Assembly (NCBI GenBank): GCA_028534125.1
Contig: CM052818.1
Location: 45,696,001-45,760,000, forward strand
Source of the DNA: Lama glama
Taxonomy: Eukaryota
Reading direction: 5' to 3'
Length of the DNA stretch: 64,000 nt
The stretch's first letter is position 1, and each line of letters opens with the position of its first letter. The notes beneath the pieces are model-generated. The model was not told the DNA's origin. It made no database searches and worked only from the letters and a program-made list of their open reading frames with translations. Positions 27,150 through 40,083 of the stretch are shown piece by piece. A program made the position numbers and the translations under genes.

Positions 27150-28101
27150 TGACCGGCTCTTGAGTGGGCACTTGCTGGCTCTGCTGACCATCCACTTTCC
27201 CGTCTTTTGACTCAACCACAGGCCCCCTAAGAGCAAGGTCATGCCTCACTCAGATGCTTTCTAGAAAGGGCCTGAAAGAAAATGCCTTAGCAAGGTGGCC
27301 ACGTGCCCGTGAAACCATCCTTGGGTGATGAAATGTGGATTTCATATCATTTCCATGTATCATGAAATCTTATGCTTTTGATACATTTTGGGACATTTTT
27401 AGCTCAGAGTCTGTACAAGACAGGCAGTGAACCAGATCTGGTCCCCAGGCCTAGTTTGCTGATCCCTGGCCTTCCTTGTGGGTCCTCCCCTAGCCCAGAG
27501 GGAGGAGGGCTCAGTTCGTGTTTAATGATCCAGGGAGTGAAGGAATGGAGGTCTTCCAGCCAGCTCAGGCTCTGCATTTCAGTGACATTCCCCTTCCAGG
27601 CAATGTCAGGGATTTTTTTTTTTTAATATAAAATGTTTTTCCAAGGGAAAAAAAGCTTTCTGAAATGTAAATCAAATCTCTGCAAGGTAGACCCATCACC
27701 TCTCTGCCGCCTCTAACATTCTAAATGATCTCTTAGAAATAAAATTCAGTGCCTTTTCCATTAATAACTTCTATTCACCGAGTGTCTCAAAAATGTGCCA
27801 CATCAAACCTATGGAGACAACAATCAAACCTACTGATCGTTGGTTTCCCAGGGGCTGGGAAGGTGTGAGGGGGAACGGGGAGGGACTCTGATGGGGACAG
27901 GGTCTATTTTTCTAAAATGGATTGTGGTGATAGTTACAGAACTCTGGGAATAGACTAAAAACATTGAAATTATTATCTCCATAAAGCTGTTTAAAAAATG
28001 CAGGTACCATAGTCACCTAGTTCTCATGGTGACAATTTCTAAAGCCAGGTTTTGCTGCCGCTGTCCCTGTACTGTTAAAGACAGGCTTGCTTGGGGGAGG
28101 C

Positions 28102-28195
28102 GGGGGAGAATATAGCTCAGTGGTAGAGCACATGCTGAGCATGCACGAGGTCCTAGATTCAATCCCCAGTACCTCCATTAAAAAAAGAAAGAAAC
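28102..28195 (+). mobile_element. tRNA-derived SINE (short form)
   Basis: tatagctcagtggtagagc...ttcaatccccagtacctcc followed by an A tail. Confidence 0.8.
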
Positions 28196-31100
28196 AGCTC
28201 ACTGAGATGAGGAAGTGCAGCTCAGCGACTGGAAATCGAGTGGGATTAGCCCAGAGGAGGCTGGACCAGCCCCCAGCACCTATCTGCATGTCTTGCAAAG
28301 CAGGAGCATGTCCTGGGGTCCTGCAGGAGAGGCCACCCCACCCCAAGGGGAGGGGAGGCTCAGGGAGGCCCAGCGAGACCTCACACAGGCAGCCTGGCTC
28401 CGGGCACTTTCTGGAAACAGGTGGACCCTTCCCCTATCTCACCTCTGAGGTCAGTCACTGCTCCCACCCACCCAGTTACTAACCCTGGGGTTCCTGGGGG
28501 TTCCCTGAGTGCCTAGCTCTCTCTTCAGCCTTCCTGGGGCAGCGTGTGGCATGCCACAGGCCTGTGACTTTATTTGGAAGATTCACGCATCACCAAGTCA
28601 GGAGTGGCTCCCTGGGTCCAAAGCCTGGGCCAGTGATGATGCTCTCTGATTTACAGACAATGGGGGAGGCTCCTGCCCAGGCAGGCCACAGGGCCACAGC
28701 GGCAGGGACAAATCAGAGGGCAGCCTCCCCACCATGCTAGGCACACAGGAAAAGCAGGACAAGGGGTGCGAGGACACGGTCCCCTGACAAGGGTCCCTGA
28801 GCAGCAGGAGCAGCTCCAGAAGCTGCCTCCTCGGGACCAGCATGGAGGCCTGGGTAGCCGTTCTCTCATAAAGGGGAGCAAGAATCCCCAAGCAGTAAAG
28901 GGACAAAAGTGTGGCCATGGGGCCAGGGCACCTGAGTTCTCGTCCTGGTTGGCCACTGTTTATCTTCATGAGGTCTCCAGCAAGGTATCTTACCTCCCTG
29001 TGCCTCTTGGCCACATCTGTAAAATGGGTCTAATCATCCCTGCCCCAGGGTGACTGTGGATCAGATGAACTCAGGGCTGTGAGTTACCATGAATTCACTG
29101 GTTTACTTAAGTGAACAGTCTGGGGTGTGGGATTCAGGCATGGCTGGATCCAGAAAATGAAGTCATGAGGACCCTGTTTCTCTGTCAATCAGCTCTCCTT
29201 TCCCATGTGTGAGCCCCACTCTCAATACAGGCTTGCCTTCATGGTTACAAGATGTCTGCAGCAGCCCCAAACCCTCTGTACCCTGAACTCCAAGGCCCGG
29301 AGTAAAACAGGGATTCCCCTAGCCCAAACCAAATGCAAGTCCTAAGTGTGGCTCTGGCTGGCAGTAACCAGGTCCTGCAAGCAGTCTGGAACTCCAGTGG
29401 CTGTGGTCAAGGGGCTTTTGATTGCGGGCAAAAAGGGTCAGTCAGTGGGCTCTTGTGCAAGGGGGAGTGAGCATTTCCAAGGCCCTACCCAATCCTAAAG
29501 CAGATCCCACCTTGTCAGAGCCAGGTCCTCTCCCACCATCTCTACTCAATTCAGAGGGTACAGGGAGGGCCTCTCTGAGTCACAGGCAACCTCTGGCAGG
29601 TCCTTTAAACTCTCAGATCAAACCACACCCAGCAGGCTCAGCCCCAACCTCCAAACTAGGAGGGCCTGGATCTCTCCACACCAGCATGTGTCTAGAACCA
29701 GTCCCCCATGTCTTTTCACCTGCTACCATCCAGGTCTCAACCCCTCGTCATGTTTGTCCCCAGGCCAGTGTGGCCAAATTGTAAAATTCGCACTGTTCAC
29801 ATCAAGAACAGGCACTAGGTCACACAATCACACCCACACTGGCCCCAGAACCTCACCCTGATGGTACCGTGGACATGGGAGGAGGGGGCATCCTCGGACT
29901 CTCTGTGAGGATGAGACACCTTTGGCAAATTACCAGTCACTACCTCCTTGACATTGTCTGTTCTCTCCATTATTAAAACTTCCCTTAGAAATGTGCACTC
30001 TAATTCAACCCTTGGCATTTCCTGTCTTTTCCTATTTCCCATTTACTTTAGGATAATTCCTTCGGTGATATTCCTTCAGGTCACCAACTCAACAGCTGTG
30101 TCTAATCCTGCTAAACAGGATATATTTTTAAGCTCTAAGTGCTTGAATTCCAGCAGTTGTATTGTATTCCCAGCAACTCTAGCTGTGTCTTTTTAAAATC
30201 TACCTATTACTTCTTTATAGTTCTGTCCTTTGGGTTTTGATTCATATTTTCCCTTTGATCACATTATATTATCCATCTTCTTATTAACCTGAAGTTCTTG
30301 GCATTATTGCACCCATCATTCCTGCAATCACGTGGTTTCCCTGCATGTTTTGTAACATGACTGAGCCCCACTTGTGGGAACCACGTGCAGCTGGCTGAGG
30401 GTATGTTTGTCCATGAATTCCTAGATCACAAATCTGGGAGGTGCAAACCTAGGGTTTTGACTTTTTTCAGAGTCCAGAAAGATTAACTCCCTCTTCCTCT
30501 CCCTTGCCCGGGGCTAGTGAAATTACTTTAGTTCCCATTTTGCCCAGGGGCCTGTTTTGTGAAGATGTTTTGGTTCTAGCCCCTCCCTTAGTGCAGGTCA
30601 ACCCCTCCCTCCAAACCCAAGGGGGTGTCTGGTCCTTCACCCTCAGACTGCTCTAAAGGGCAGCTACAAGCACAGGCTCCCACGGTCACCATCTTTGCTC
30701 CCAGCATCTGGGAACTCCCTTCTCAGGATGTCATTCCCCATTCTGTTCGTGTTGGTGTCTGAAGTAGGAGGGTTTGGGGGCACTTCAGCCTGCCGTCTTG
30801 CCGGAGCCCCTCTAGTCTCCAGGGCCAAGCTAAGGTCATTGTGATTACCGAACCACCCTCATCCTGATATGAAAAATCCGCTCCAGGTCACGACAAGGAG
30901 ACGCCACTGATTGTGTTCTTTCCCGAGTGCCCAGAGTTCACCAGGAGGGGTAGCCCCCTCCACAGAAGGGGATGGGGAAGGGGGAGGCCCTATCAAAGTC
31001 TTCTCTGGTTCGAATGGGCCAAGCCATGCAATCCTGTTGCCTCAAAGCTGCAGCCACTCACTGAGGGGCTGAAACTCTTGCTCTGCAGTGAAACCGTTGT

Positions 31101-31199
31101 CAGGATCACCGGGACTGGCAGAGCTACCGATGCCGCCGAACAGCTCCCTGGCCAGATGGTGCTTACAAATACCCATCTAGTTCTGGCTTTGCACGGGAA

Positions 31200-31625
31200 C
31201 ATTCCTCAGGCTGGATCGTGGGCCAGGCAGTGCCTGGCAGGCAAAGGTTCTCACAGCTCTATCAGCAGCCAGGCTTGGCCACACCAAGAGAGCGGAACCC
31301 CTGGGCTCGGGTGTAATGAGCTTAAGTCCTGGGGCTCAATACATCTGGAGCCCAAATCAGAAAGCACATCCAGTTAAAATTGAGAAACTGGGTCCAGGCC
31401 TTGGGTTTTTTTTTAAAGACCATGGGTAATTATGATGCACACTGAGTTGAAAACCACTGGTTTGAACTGAATAAGGCGTCTACCCCCTCCCTCTCTCAGA
31501 TGTCTGAGAATCTCCCAAAGTGAACTCGTGAAAATCACAGGCTCCCTAGTTCCACCCCAAGACTGATTCAGTGGGTCTGGGATGGGGCCCGAGTCTTTAA
31601 TACCAGAGGCAATTCAGACTCAGTG
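31200..31625. mobile_element. MER5-like hAT DNA transposon fragments
   Basis: gactgattcagtgggtctgggatggggccc and ttgaaaaccactg motifs. Confidence 0.5.
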
Positions 31626-31681
31626 GTCCGACCACACTAACTCTGACGCAGGGAGGTGTGTTTAAGAGCAAGGCCAGCTTG

Positions 31682-31810
31682 AGGGGGAGGGTATAGCTCA
31701 GGTGATAGAGCACATGCCTCGCATGCACAAGGTCCTGGGTTCAATCTCCAGTACCTCCTCTAAGAATAAAAATAAACCTGATTACCCCCCCCTTAAAAAA
31801 AATAATAATA
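31682..31810 (+). mobile_element. Camelid tRNA-derived SINE (Vic-1-like)
   Basis: 16-bp TSD aagagcaaggccagct (31664-31679 and 31811-31826). Confidence 0.9.
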
Positions 31811-32688
31811 AAGAGCAAGGCCAGCTGGCAGAGGTGAATGGCAAGAAAAAACATGACCATGGGCTGCACCAGGGAGGCTGTTCTAAGAGTTGAGGATCCT
31901 TAGAGCATGGCTGCCTGTAAAGTACCCAAAGATGTCATCAACCCAACACCAGGAATCAGATGACACTGAGTACCTTTGGGGTGCAGAGTTCCCAGTGAGA
32001 TTCCTCCAGGACACAGAACACACTTCTACCTATCCACCCCAAAATACAGCCCAAACCTCACCCACCCATCACTCCCTGAGGGCCTAATCCTTGGAGGCTG
32101 TGTAGGGAGTGGATAAAACCTGTGCCTTTGAAGTGAAATCCTCCTTCATAGGACAAACAGGATTAACACATTGAAGCAGGGAGGCAGGAGCAGCATGACC
32201 ATCAGTAAGGTTCATCCTGTCCCCACCTCCGCAACCCACAAGCAGGCTCCTCAACGCCCCCATCCACTGGGCGTCCTCCGCTGCACCCTCCCTGTTTTGA
32301 TTCTGTAGCTGCATCACCGTCTTATGTACCCGGCTTCCTCCTTGAGGAGTGAGCTTCAAATGCACTGGGGGGGGGGTGTGCTTTGTCCTCTGCCCCACCT
32401 CCAATGCCTACAGCAGGGCCTGACCAGGCAGCCACCATTTGAGTAACTGCACCTCACAAGTGGGGACACATAATGAATAATTCGTTAATTTGGGAATATT
32501 TCTAAAAGGTAGGTGGGATTGGTCCAGGAAAGGGCATTTATAGACAAGAGGGGCCAACCCGAGCCCCCATAGGTCAGCTTGATGAGAGACAGCAAAGAGA
32601 AACCCTAGCTAGGCAGACCCAGGTGGCTCACCCAAGGTTGCTGGCAAATTGAACGCACTCGATCCTGGCTTCACAAATCCCATGTGCA

Positions 32689-32837
32689 GGGGGAGGGTAT
32701 AGCTCAAGTGGCAGAGCACTTGCTTAGCATACGTGAGGACCTGGGTTCAATCCCCAGGACCTCCTATAAAAATAAATAAACCTAGTTACCTCCCCCCACC
32801 AAGATAACATAAGTAAATAACTCAATAATAAATAAAA
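32689..32837 (+). mobile_element. Camelid tRNA-derived SINE (Vic-1-like)
   Basis: tRNA-like head, A-rich tail, TSD cccatgtgcag. Confidence 0.88.
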
Positions 32838-33239
32838 CTCAAACCCCATGTGCAGTGTGTTGAGTGAGTTGGGGCATCAGCCTTCAAGTGTACCTGTTTC
32901 CCACATACTTTGTGCCAGAACAGGCACGAGGAAGGCCCCTTCCCCAGAACTGACAGCAAATGAACTCATTTGGCATTTACAAAATACTTCCTGGTTGTTC
33001 TCTTCCTGAACTGAAATGCACATTTTATCAAGGGACTAACGTAAGCAGTTTTACGTAAATCATTTCACACTTGTGCAGTACTCAAGACTTTGAAATGATT
33101 TAGACAAAATCTGTTTCCCTTTAAACAGATTAAGAAACTGAACCCTAGTTGGCAGACATTAATTCTACCACACAGCTAATGGGAGGAAGAATCCCAAAAT
33201 CTGCCTCCAACCTCCACCTGATGACGAACGCGTAGCAAG

Positions 33240-33253
33240 TTTATTTATTTATT
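33240..33253 (-). terminator. RRM2: Distal polyadenylation signal, three overlapping AATAAA
   Basis: Minus strand reads AATAAATAAATAAA, followed by G/T-rich sequence, at the end of the AT-rich UTR-like block. Confidence 0.7.
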
Positions 33254-34512
33254 CATTTTTGTGTTGCACAAGTGTACAGACCATATAATCTGGATTAACT
33301 TTCTGGAACAATAATTTAAAAGATAAAAAGGGGCCCCCTGTTACAGAAATTTTTAAATTGACTATTTTACCATTTATACAATTAATGAAGAAAACTGACA
33401 ACAGAACAAGCCAGTGGTCAGTCAGCCAACACACAACACAATGTGGTAACAAACATGGCCAAAGGACCGATGTGTATCATGCATGACCTTCCATGTGACA
33501 TCTCAGCTTTCTGGGGTGGGAGGAGGGGGGCAGGGAACAAAAAGGCAGATTGATTCAAACTAGCTCTCTTAAATATTCCTATTAAGTTTATACTTCTTTA
33601 TGAAGCTAACATGTGACTGGAACAAGTGTTAATTACTCACTCAACACTAGTTTTCTACTGAAGTTTAGCAATGCAGCAAGTTAACGCTCAGATTTAGGCA
33701 AATCCTAGAGGTAACTGCACTGAACAATACCTTCTCAATCAGTTATGAACTGCAAAATAATACTGGGTATATATTTCAAAGTATGAACTACGGATAGTAA
33801 AAAAACATATAGTAACAAATTTTTCTAACTCAAGACATGTAGTAAAGTATAAATGGATTAAGTCAACAGTACCTACTTACACACAAGTTTAACAACATGA
33901 AGATAAACACTCAACTTTTAGGACAGGCAATTTCAGTCCTGATTTTCCCACTTAATAGGAGAAAGATCTTAGGTGGGCCATTTAGGATGATCTGAAAACC
34001 AATTTACAAGGCTAGTATCTTAGATCCCAGCTAAGAAGACTCTTCAAGGATCTTTGATACTAACTTGAAATTGAGGGACATAACAATTTGAGGAATTAAA
34101 TGATATTGCCACACATAGCCAGGTTACCAGTGAGCCCAGATCACACTTCAGTTCCCAATGACCTAAGTCTCCTCTCCCCTCATCTCTCATCCCTGGACCT
34201 GGGCTACAGAATACAAAACCAACTTGTGTTCTCTGTGGTGCCACTTGCCCACTACTAATACCTAGGTGTGCACGGGATTGAGTTTTAAAAAGCGCTTCAA
34301 TTCATTAAAGAAAATAAAGCATAGAAATACCATCCTTAGTTTACACAGGTTTAACCTAGTCTGGTCACCTAGTAAATTTAGTGCAGGTGTAGTAAATTTA
34401 GAATTGGCTCCCATAAGTGGTAAATAGAATACTTTGTATTTGGTGTAGAAACCAACAAATTTAGGTTAAATCAAGCCTTTACCCTACAGTACAAACTCTG
34501 TCTATTTGTGTG

Positions 34513-34520
34513 TAAAGTGC
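34513..34520 (-). promoter_or_regulatory. miR-17/20/93/106 8mer seed site in RRM2 3' UTR
   Basis: GCACTTTA on the mRNA strand. Confidence 0.6.
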
Positions 34521-34807
34521 CAGTTTTATATACAAATCATAAGTAAACTTTAAAATCTGCCTTGAAGCAGGGATTCTGATGTCTTCCTATGGCCTTGTGG
34601 TAGTTACTGTTTAATCCTGCTGGAACAAACTCGCTCGAGTCTTCACACTTTCAGGCCAAGAATGCTGCTAAGAGCCAGGGTGAAGCCATGTAGAGCCAGC
34701 CTGCTTGCAAAAGCCAAACCTGGGCAAGATCTTTTTTAAGAATCCAAGTAGCCTTTTGTCTACGCTTTCATTCTAGGTGACCCCGCTAGCATTAACAGGA
34801 TTGATTT

Positions 34808-34815
34808 TGAGGTAG
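34808..34815 (-). promoter_or_regulatory. let-7 8mer seed site in RRM2 3' UTR
   Basis: CTACCTCA on the mRNA strand ~150 nt after the stop; RRM2 is a known let-7 target. Confidence 0.7.
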
Positions 34816-34963
34816 CTACACAGTTTTCAAGATGCCATTAATGAACATTGTGGATAATTCATGGTGTAGCTAGTTGATACACTTCAAGTAGCTGATTTTT
34901 TCTCTTTTGGTGAGAAGGGAAAAAAAGAAAAATCAGCAAAATGAGAGCATATCTTCAGTTCAC

Positions 34964-35116
34964 TTAGAAGTCAGCATCCAAGGTAAAAGAATTCTCTGTT
35001 GGACTGGACATCACTCCCATCCTCTGATACTCGCCTACTCTCTTCTCAAAGAAGTTAGTCTTCCCTTCCAGTGAAATATTCTCCATAAAGTCAAATGGAT
35101 TTTCTACTCGGAAAAT
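34964..35116 (-). CDS. RRM2: RRM2 coding exon 10 ([50 protein letters not shown])
   Basis: 153 nt to TAA at 34964-34966; ends in the FTLDADF R1-binding heptapeptide; total CDS 1179 nt = 392 aa. Confidence 0.98.
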   Translation of the reverse strand: MFRVENPFDFMENISLEGKTNFFEKRVGEYQRMGVMSSPTENSFTLDADF

Positions 35117-35179
35117 CTGAAAAGGTTCACAGCAGAACATCAATACAGAACACCAGTTTCAAAAAGAACCAGAGGGCTA

Positions 35180-35308
<129 letters not shown>

Positions 35309-35391
35309 CTAGGGACCAAATACAGCTTCTTAGTAAAACAGCAGCATAAAGATGTCCTTCAGCAAGCACGAGACCCCCACACGTCACCTAC

Positions 35392-35496
35392 CTGTTCTAT
35401 CCTAACTGCATTGACAATTATTTCTTTTACTCTCTGCTCCGAAGGTTTGTGTACCAGGTGTTTGAACATCAGGCAGGCAAAGTCACAGTGTAAACC
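35392..35496 (-). CDS. RRM2: RRM2 coding exon 8 ([35 protein letters not shown])
   Basis: 105 nt, AG/GT; completes the DEGLH motif. Confidence 0.98.
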
Positions 35497-36202
35497 CTAG
35501 AAGGAAAGGTTTAAGATTACTATGAAACCAGCACTTTTATCACTAATGTGGAAGGGGAACTTGCTTTCTGATGTTCTGCATTTTCCTGATACATCTTGCA
35601 TGGCCGGACTAAAAGCACTTAAACTCTGGAAGGGAAGATGACTCAACTGCTGTGACACCTGGGCAGGCTCAGACCCACCTAAGCCCTCACGGCTGCCCCC
35701 TGGATGACAGGAGGCCAGGTCTGGTCCTTGCTGCTCTGGGTGGTGGCGAAGGACTGGACAGAACTTGCACTGAAAGCACTTTATCTCTGCAGCTGTGAGC
35801 TCCCAATGTTGCCACTACTCTTAGCAGGTAAAGGCAAAACTGACTAGGCCAGTTAGTCCTCAGATTTACAACCCAGCGTTCAGGAAATCGGTAATGCAAT
35901 TTCAAGCGAATCAAGTCTGCAAGTCTTAGTACGTTCAATTCCGAGTAAGGCTGATGGGATTTACACTAGATTGTCTGGGCACCTTTACTTTCTGCAGTTC
36001 AGTCCAACTACATTCAAAGACCTACAATGGACCAGAATGGATTCTCGTTTCATTGGGATGCTTACCAACTAACTTTGAAGTACAGTAGAATCACACAGAA
36101 GACTGGTAGAAATTATAAAACATCCCTTAAAAAATTCCATCACCTATAGGGCAATACCTATGTAGACTGAGAATGAGCGAAATAATTTCAGTATATTATT
36201 TA

Positions 36203-36529
<327 letters not shown>

Positions 36530-36604
36530 TCAGAGGAAGGACCCCAAACCAGTAACATCATGAGACAACGGAGCTCAGGGGTAATAGGGCCAAGGCATCC
36601 TTAC

Positions 36605-36699
36605 CATAGGTGGCCTCCTTGTCCCCAATCCAGCGCAAGGCCCAGTCTGCCTTCTTCTTTACACAAGGCATCGTCTCAATGGCATTGAAAAGAAATTCC
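36605..36699 (-). CDS. RRM2: RRM2 coding exon 6 ([31 protein letters not shown])
   Basis: 95 nt, AG/GT, phase consistent with neighbours. Confidence 0.98.
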
Positions 36700-36867
36700 C
36701 TGGTAGACACAGACCCAGAGAACATCAGCAGTGCCCGCAAAGACCTCCTATCGCAGGCTTCCAGTAAGAGCGCTGGGACTCAGGACAAACTGGGATTCAC
36801 GCTGAAATGTTTTCCTCTGACTGCTTTGCTTTCTCCTTTATGATGTTTTCAAAAATCTCAACATTTA

Positions 36868-37001
36868 GGGGAGGGTATAGCTCAGTGGTAGAGCACGTGC
36901 CTAGCACACACAAGGTCCTGGGTTCAATCCCCAGTACCTCCATTAAAAATAAATAAAAACCTAATTACCTCCACCCTCTCCCCAAAATTTAAAAAAAAAA
37001 A
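36868..37001 (+). mobile_element. Camelid tRNA-derived SINE in RRM2 intron 5 (antisense to the gene)
   Basis: tRNA-like head, poly(A), TSD ctcaacattta. Confidence 0.9.
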
Positions 37002-37429
37002 CTCAACATTTATTTGGTTTACGTTAATACTAATTTAGTTATTCGTTGGTTCATACTGAGCCCAAGAACTAGTAACACTAAAACTCAGTCTATGACACCA
37101 AGAGCATTTATTGGCTTAAGGATTTCAAGTCCAGGTCATGGCAAGGTTCACAGGCCCTATCTTCTTTAAATTTGAAGTACCATAAAATCTTAACTGCTAA
37201 GCCTGTTTAAGCTATGCGGACCATGACCCACTTAGATGCCCCAACCCCTCATTGTGACACTGTGTCAGTTATTTGGGCCACAAATGCCACATTTATAATG
37301 AAATAATTAAAGCCAATAAACTAAACAACCCAAGGTTGCTTCCTGCTGTAATTCTATGCTACAATGTTGATCCCAGGTCAGAAAAGCAAATTGATTGGCC
37401 CTACACTTACCTGGGTCTTCCTTATCACC

Positions 37430-38170
37430 CCCTCCCACCTCCAGCTTATCCCCGTGCCCACCGTGGGAGTCAACTGATTCCCCAGCCTGCCCCTTCTCAG
37501 ATGACCTCATTTTCTGAGACCAAGGTCATCAGATCACTGGGCTCCTTTCATACTCTTTCCATGTCAACCTAGGTCTTGCCTCTCTAGTTTTTTAAAGCTT
37601 ACCCACCAGGCCTTCCTGATCCTACCCTTTCTGGTCATTTATCCCAATCACCCCCTGACGTTAACTTTCTTTTTTCATTTCTGCCCGCAAACATGTTCAA
37701 ATCTTTTTACCCCCAAAGAGTTTCCTCAATCCTGCTAACCTTTCACGTCGCCACTCATTTTCCCTCGTCATACTTTTCCAGGTAATCTACAAGAGCCTAC
37801 TCATCAGCTTTGCCACTTCTGTTCCACATTTGCTATCTTCAAGTCGACCTTAGTATCGACACTATTCAAACGCCATTCCTAACTCTCCTCCCTCTCCAAC
37901 CTTCAAAATGTAAAATAGGCCCTAAGCCACCTATATTCTTCCTCTATCATCCCCCAATATAAACTATCATTTCAAATAGCTGTGTGCCTAAATTAATCCC
38001 ATGCTTCACTGCTGCCTCTGTGCTATTATGTAAGCTCTCCACTTACACTCCTAGGACTTATTTTCTGTTATGTTACAAGCTCCCTAAGAGGCAAGTGACC
38101 TTCTACTTTGCATCCTCCTTTGCACCTTGCACCAGCCTCATGGTGTAGGTTGACAGATTTGCCACAAGTA
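37430..38170 (+). mobile_element. Ancient L2 fragment in RRM2 intron 5
   Basis: Pyrimidine-rich degenerate L2-like sequence ending ...aagctccctaagaggcaag. Confidence 0.5.
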
Positions 38171-38477
38171 AAAACTATCAGACCTAGGTTGTAGCTCACC
38201 ATACAGACCCCCTAGGAATGTTTTTTCAGAGAGCATTAGATTGGACATTCAACAGTACACTTCCACCTCCGAAAATGGAATAATCTCATAACTTTTGTTT
38301 TTCAAGTGATTGGCTAATAAAGTGAATTTAAGCCTCTTTTTCAGAGCAGACACAACCATGGGTGCTAGTAATTTCTTTGATTTGGTCATTTTAGAGTCAT
38401 TTTTCTACCCCCATGTGATTTCAGAAAGTAACATCTAGCAAGTCCTAAATATGTTGGTGTATCATCCAAATACTCAC

Positions 38478-38611
38478 CTTTCTTTGGAATCTTTAATGTA
38501 GGTATCAATGAGGAGACTATACATTTCAGAATGTATGTTTTCCATGGCAATTTGGAAGCCATAGAAACAACGGGCTTCTGTAATCTGAACTTCTTGGCTA
38601 AACCGCTCCAC
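38478..38611 (-). CDS. RRM2: RRM2 coding exon 5 ([45 protein letters not shown])
   Basis: 134 nt, AG/GT; ExxH iron motif and tyrosyl-radical Tyr (ENIHSEMY). Confidence 0.98.
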
Positions 38612-39089
38612 CTGGTGGTAAAACAAAATTCAGCTTAAGGAAAGTCTACCAGCAGCAGCTCAGTCAGGGAACACTGGTTGCCTCACACTTCCTCCTTGGT
38701 ACCATTAGAAGGTTTGTTTCTATGTATATAATAGAAAATCATTCTTTTCTAATTCACTGCAAGAAGGATGCACTCAACAAGACATAGGAAACCAAATTAT
38801 GAAAACAGCAAAGCCACAGAAAGGAGAGCAAATATCATAGCTACAAGGGTTGTGTATCTATTACTATCACTTAACATTGTCATTATATTTCCCTATAGTT
38901 GGGGGAAAAACACCATAAGAAATAACGGCAAAATATGTTATACAACAGGAAGTGCCGTGCAATATAAATACCAGCTTACCGATATATACACATTCAACAT
39001 GAAAAAAACTCAAAAGATGAAGAAAGTTCTCTCTTAAATCTTTGAAGTGACCAAAAGCAGACTTTTTTTTTTTTTTTTTGGAAACTCAC

Positions 39090-39206
39090 CAAGTTTTCAT
39101 TTACTATGCCATCACTTGCTGCAAAGAATGCCAGAACGTGTGAAATAAAATATCTCTCCTCAGGCTTCAGGGCCTCCCAGTGCTGAATGTCCTTAGAAAG
39201 ATCCAC
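39090..39206 (-). CDS. RRM2: RRM2 coding exon 4 ([39 protein letters not shown])
   Basis: 117 nt, AG/GT; includes the iron-ligand Asp of FFAASDGIV. Confidence 0.98.
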
Positions 39207-39430
39207 CTGAAGTACAGAAGTTCACAAGGGATTCGAGCATAAGGACCTCACACGTAGGTATAATTCTTAAACTTTAAATCTAACATCCTCAGTGGGATTC
39301 CCACTGGGAACAAGAGGAAAGAAAAGTATATTTCAAACAAGTAATATCCGCCACTGCAGGGGTCTTTCTTTAGAGTTAGGGGCAACGCTGAAACTGTCTT
39401 TTAGGTCTCCTGGTTCCCAAATCTGATTAC

Positions 39431-39574
39431 CTCCTCAGCTGTCCAAAAGGAAGCCTCAGCTTTCTTATACATTTGCCAAATATCATGATATTCGATAGGA
39501 AAGATGACAAAGCGGCGGGGGTTTTCTCTCAGAAGTGGCTCATCCTCCACGCTGGGGGTAAGCAGCTTAGGGCT
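39431..39574 (-). CDS. RRM2: RRM2 coding exon 3 ([48 protein letters not shown])
   Basis: 144 nt, AG/GT boundaries; manual translation gives the conserved R2 sequence. Confidence 0.97.
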
Positions 39575-39923
39575 CTGTTGGGGGGTAAAGTAATGAAGAT
39601 GTTAAGTATAGGGTGATCCAGGAAATTGCCTCCTTTTTCAGGCAAAGTACATTTAATTTTCGGAAATTTCATGTGTGTCAGCTGTCATACATGTATTCTA
39701 TTTGTAACAGAGCAGGCTCATAGGAGAGAAATAATAGGAAATACTCAGATGTGTAAAGTAGCAAATGACCGGGAAGAGACACTTTGGCGGGAAAGGAGCG
39801 CGGGCTCGGGAGGGGGTAGGGTTTGAGCGGAGACAATGAGGCTTTGGCGCCAAGAGCAGGCTCCTCCAGGCACCGCCTTCCTGCAGCGCCCCCTCGCCGG
39901 GCGCCCCCAGGGCGCCTACTCAC

Positions 39924-39998
39924 CGGCTCGGTGGGCTCCTGGAAGATCCTCCTCGCGGTCTTGCTGGCCAGCACCCGGGTCCCGCTGAGGGAAGGGGG
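39924..39998 (-). CDS. RRM2: RRM2 coding exon 2 (PPSLSGTRVLASKTARRIFQEPTEP)
   Basis: 75 nt, TTTGCAG acceptor and GTGAGT donor; contains the RRI cyclin-F-binding motif. Confidence 0.97.
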
Positions 39999-40083
39999 CT
40001 GCAAAGAGACCCGCGGTGAGGAGTATGCCCGTGTCCCCAAGGACCCCGCCACCCTACCCGGACCCGCGCCCCTGAGCGCTCAC

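Larger units (their letters stand above)
33220..34963 (-). other. RRM2: RRM2 3' UTR (long form, ~1.7 kb)
   Basis: AT-rich unique sequence from the stop codon to clustered AATAAA at 33240-33253; exact cleavage site is estimated. Confidence 0.75.

Noticed and set aside
1..33000. Possible ortholog of human C2orf48 or RRM2 read-through exons
   Set aside because: Expected only from recalled synteny; I could not identify any exon from the sequence
36868..36942. tRNA-Ala-like sequences (here and at ~1460, 28105, 31685, 32690, 56912)
   Set aside because: Each has a shared SINE tail, A-rich end, TSD and stem-breaking substitutions, so these are SINEs, not tRNA genes
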